Assembly: GCA_012295275.1 (NCBI GenBank)
Contig: CM022679.1
Span: 31,124,001 to 31,188,000 of the forward strand
DNA from: Chrysomallon squamiferum
Lineage: Eukaryota; Animalia; Mollusca
Direction: 5' to 3'
Length of the DNA: 64,000 nt
Part shown: one piece after another, positions 56,297-64,000 of the stretch
Numbering within the stretch: the stretch's first letter is position 1
Layout: each line of letters opens with the position of its first letter
Program-made: the position numbers and the translations under genes
The notes under the pieces: model-generated
The model's input: the letters and a program-made list of their open reading frames with translations, nothing else
Told to the model about the DNA's origin: nothing
Databases searched by the model: none

Positions 56297-56651
56297 TACA
56301 AATACCTCGTGCTCACGATATTGCACATATTCTTACAGCTAGATCACTGAATATTACAATTTTTTTTCGGTAAGTTATATTCACTCTATAATTATTTTTT
56401 ACATGTAAAAATCTAAAAGAAGTATACAGTTAAACGTAGTAAATGTTGCGAATAGTTGGTTACTACATACGGACAAATTTCAAAATCTTAGAGAAATGCG
56501 TTACAAACATGAAAGAAAGAGTAACATATACATTTTCGTTTCTATTATTTCAAGATCTATATTTAAATCATGTTAGAAATTAAATAATTTTCTATTAATT
56601 CAAGCGCTAACCATTAAATTTATACATTTCTCAAACTTAACAGTTTGTCAT

Positions 56652-56687
<36 letters not shown>

Positions 56688-56877
56688 TTTCTTTTGCAAC
56701 GAAACTAAACACTAAGTGCGCTTGGTACACAGAAAAATTAATGTTTCGTCTACTTTTGTCTAAATTACCTTCTTTTAACGAATCCGTGCAGTTTTCCAGT
56801 TGTCTGCGATGAAACTGCAAATTATTCTGCTCTTGGTTATTTTGGGATCAGTGCAGGTCAAATTACCTTTAAACTGA
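56297..56877 (+). pseudogene. P4: pseudogenised paralogue (first exon and truncated signal exon)
   Basis: The TATA box reads TACAAATA and the first ATG is deleted. 56809-56877 encodes [22 protein letters not shown]. The tail TTTAAACTGAGTGA matches P3 intron sequence near 51285, so a deletion removed the donor. Confidence 0.7.
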
Positions 56878-57365
56878 GTGAGACAAGGAACATCCTATAA
56901 TTCATTTTAACACTCAAGTTGAGCTAATCCAAATGTTAATTATTTCATTTTATAAGAGTTATTTCTCTTGATTCTTTTCAATAAATATCACACTGTTAGC
57001 AAACTGATAACTGTTAGCAAACACACGAATCAAGATGAAAAGAGGCCCACAGCTAACAAGACATCAACAGTGTAACAGATTCTGTGTTGTTTGTTTTAGA
57101 ATAAACTAGAGAAACACTAAATATCAGAACCTGTTGTTGGTAATGTTAAAGCGTTATTAAGCATATTTTCTTTGAGATTCTTTAATCTAAAACCATAGGA
57201 AAAACTGATTATTAATTTTATTGCATAGTAATAAATAAATCGTATTAAGTAAATAAATCGTATTAAGTAGTATTTTGAATCAACACACTTTCCCTTGTTT
57301 GTTCTTGAAATGATTTTATCACTATTGGTGAAAGTTGTGATAGTAATGATGATAACACTAATACA

Positions 57366-57438
<73 letters not shown>

Positions 57439-58561
57439 GTCTGTTAATTCACTACTTCATCTAATTCTACAAATTTTTCTTAATTTGTTCATTGTTATTA
57501 ATAAATTAAAAAAACATTAGTTATAGTTAAATTATTTTATAACTGTAGGCTTCTGAAAACCCATTTACTGTTCATGTTCATTTATAAACTCAGTCTAGAT
57601 AGACTTTGGATAAACATGTGCTCATACATTTAACAATAATTTTTCAATACTTTTCTGTGCATGGAAAATGTTTCTCCAGAAATTTCTTTAATGTTAATTT
57701 TGTCCAATCAACTGAAATTGTGTAAAAATATATCCATACCATTACAGTGAAAAAAAAAAAAATGAAAAAAACTAATGGCATTACCTTCCATTTATTACTG
57801 TAACGGTGATAGAAGTTCAAAAATATATATATTATCATCATCATTATCATCATAAAATTATCATTATTAATAATTATCGTCAAATTTCATCTACCTTACA
57901 TTCAACGGAATTCCATATGATAAATGAAAATACTTTTTTTCTTTTCTGCCAGTCAAATATGTCATTATCATATTCAAATGTTGTAAGAAAAAAAATTAAC
58001 TGGATTTATTTCTCATAATTAAAACCTGATTCATTCGACATTGCTGACTTCATTAGAGCTTGGTGACTAGATATATCAACTCTAGCTGCCGAAATACGTT
58101 CAGTTTAAACCTGAATACTGATAACGATTACTTATAAGTATTGATATTTATTAACTAAAAAAAACCCAAGTATTCCTGTTAAATGTAATAAATGTTTGGG
58201 ACAGTTTGTTATATTTAAAAGTTAGTATTATGAAGAAAAAAAAACGTTCTAAATGAAATTCAGAATGAAATGGAAGCTTTCTTTCTTTCTCTTTTTTTTT
58301 TCTTTTTTTTTTCATAATTCGTGGTTATAATCCGATTAGTTATGCTGTGTTCCAGACTGCTTGTAATATCATTCGTCTCAGCTTGAATCTGGTGCATGCG
58401 TGCGTGAGCATTCCTGATTGGGAAAAAAACATCATCAACGAAGATGTGGATATTAAGATAATTGTCATAATACATTTATAAATAATTCTTAGCTTTTTAC
58501 TTTCAGATCAGATTTGTTAATAAAACAAAAAAATATATGTGTGTTTTGTGTGTGTGTGTGT

Positions 58562-58651
<90 letters not shown>

Positions 58652-58906
58652 CCTTTACAGTAAAAAGTTATGTACGTACTTTTCAAAAATTAGATGATGG
58701 CTAGTCACTAGTTTTGTTTTGTTTACAAGTAATTTTTTAACATTATAAGGGATTAAGGCTATAGTATGTCTGTCTGTGTCCGTATTGCAATGACCGGTGT
58801 AAAGATAATTAATAGACCTTCTTTGTTTTACTGCAACTTTTTAATGACAATAAACACAAATATCCTTCTTATGCCATCCTTTAATACAGACTTTTTTCTT
58901 TCAACG

Positions 58907-59023
<117 letters not shown>

Positions 59024-59194
59024 CCATCCTTCCATTTCCTACCATCAACTAATTATGATTCCATTACATAAAGTGAAAAAATAAACAACCTACAACAATA
59101 TCGTTTAAAACAAACTTTAATACTCTTCTTTATACAGAGTAGTTTTAATGCTTGCAAAGTTTCTTTATTCTTAAACACTGGCAGTCCCATCTTG

Positions 59195-63163
<3,969 letters not shown>

Positions 63164-63760
63164 CTGAAACAAGCAGAATTTTATTAAAATAAGTTTAACG
63201 TTAGTCATTAACATGTTCAGTATTTGTTTTAAGCGACCTAGTATTACTAAAATTATAATATATGATACATCTTACATAGGATTACTATTCTAGTGGACTT
63301 TATCATTTAACCTAACTAGAATTTTTGGGGGGAGAATTGTTTTCTGATTTTGTCAATAATAAATTAAATGTTTGTTCAAATAAACTAACCAGCAGATAGA
63401 TATCCAACTGGAACACGTAGATTTTTATTAAAATAAATTTAAAATGAGTAAACATACGATTTCAGTGAACTTCTAAAATAATAGTTAAAGTTCATGAATT
63501 TCAATTACAGGGTCATAGTTTCCTATTCGGTCTGGCTTCTCTGCCAACTCGAAAGCTGCAAAATGTTCAACTTTTATAATACAAACTATTTTCTAGTCGT
63601 AAAAGGCGAATATAACCAAAACATATTAAAAAGAAGTTAAAATGATTTTAAATATAAATATAAAATTTATGTACTTGTCACCAATAATAATAATAATAAT
63701 AACAATAGCAGTAACAATAATAACAATAATATTAACAATAACAATAACAATAACAATAAC

Positions 63761-63816
<56 letters not shown>

Positions 63817-64000
63817 CTGTAATAATATCGACTGCAGCTCGAAGGGTTGATGACAAGCAAATGCTATAAAACACATTTTAATATTATGTAACACCGCAAT
63901 GATCCGAAAAATATATCAAAATATATATCAAAATTATTTTCAATAAAAATAATCATTAACGAAAAAAGAAAAAACAATAAAAAAAAGCCTCAAACATCCC

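Overview
AT-rich, microsatellite-dense animal genomic DNA, probably lophotrochozoan/molluscan (an inference from composition and the GPCR type). Almost every entry in the ORF track is a microsatellite artefact. The main system is invisible to ORF calling: a cluster of five paralogous secreted-peptide micro-exon genes (MEG-like), here called P1-P5. P1 (20364 to beyond the window start), P2 (30434-25323) and P5 (63163-59195) are on the minus strand; P3 (51144-54245) and the pseudogene P4 (56809-56877) are on the plus strand. P1-P4 share a TATA box and non-coding first exon. All five share a signal-peptide exon (K[LQ]QI[IL]Lxx[ILV]ILGS), which ends in intron phase 2 in the four intact copies. This is followed by symmetric phase-2 micro-exons of 9-33 nt, and a short last exon with AATAAA in P2, P3 and P5. 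In P1 the intron+micro-exon cassettes are tandemly amplified (22 usable micro-exons in the window): introns are near-identical, exons are hypervariable. The predicted mature regions are Cys-free, R/Y/P/G-rich and carry RR/KR/RKRR/GKR/GRR sites, like prohormone or venom-peptide precursors. The middle of the window holds a head-to-head pair of near-identical intronless class A GPCR genes (one intact, one with a TM7 nonsense mutation), plus decayed EGF-repeat and cadherin exons. All exon calls were read by hand from splice motifs and need RNA-seq confirmation.
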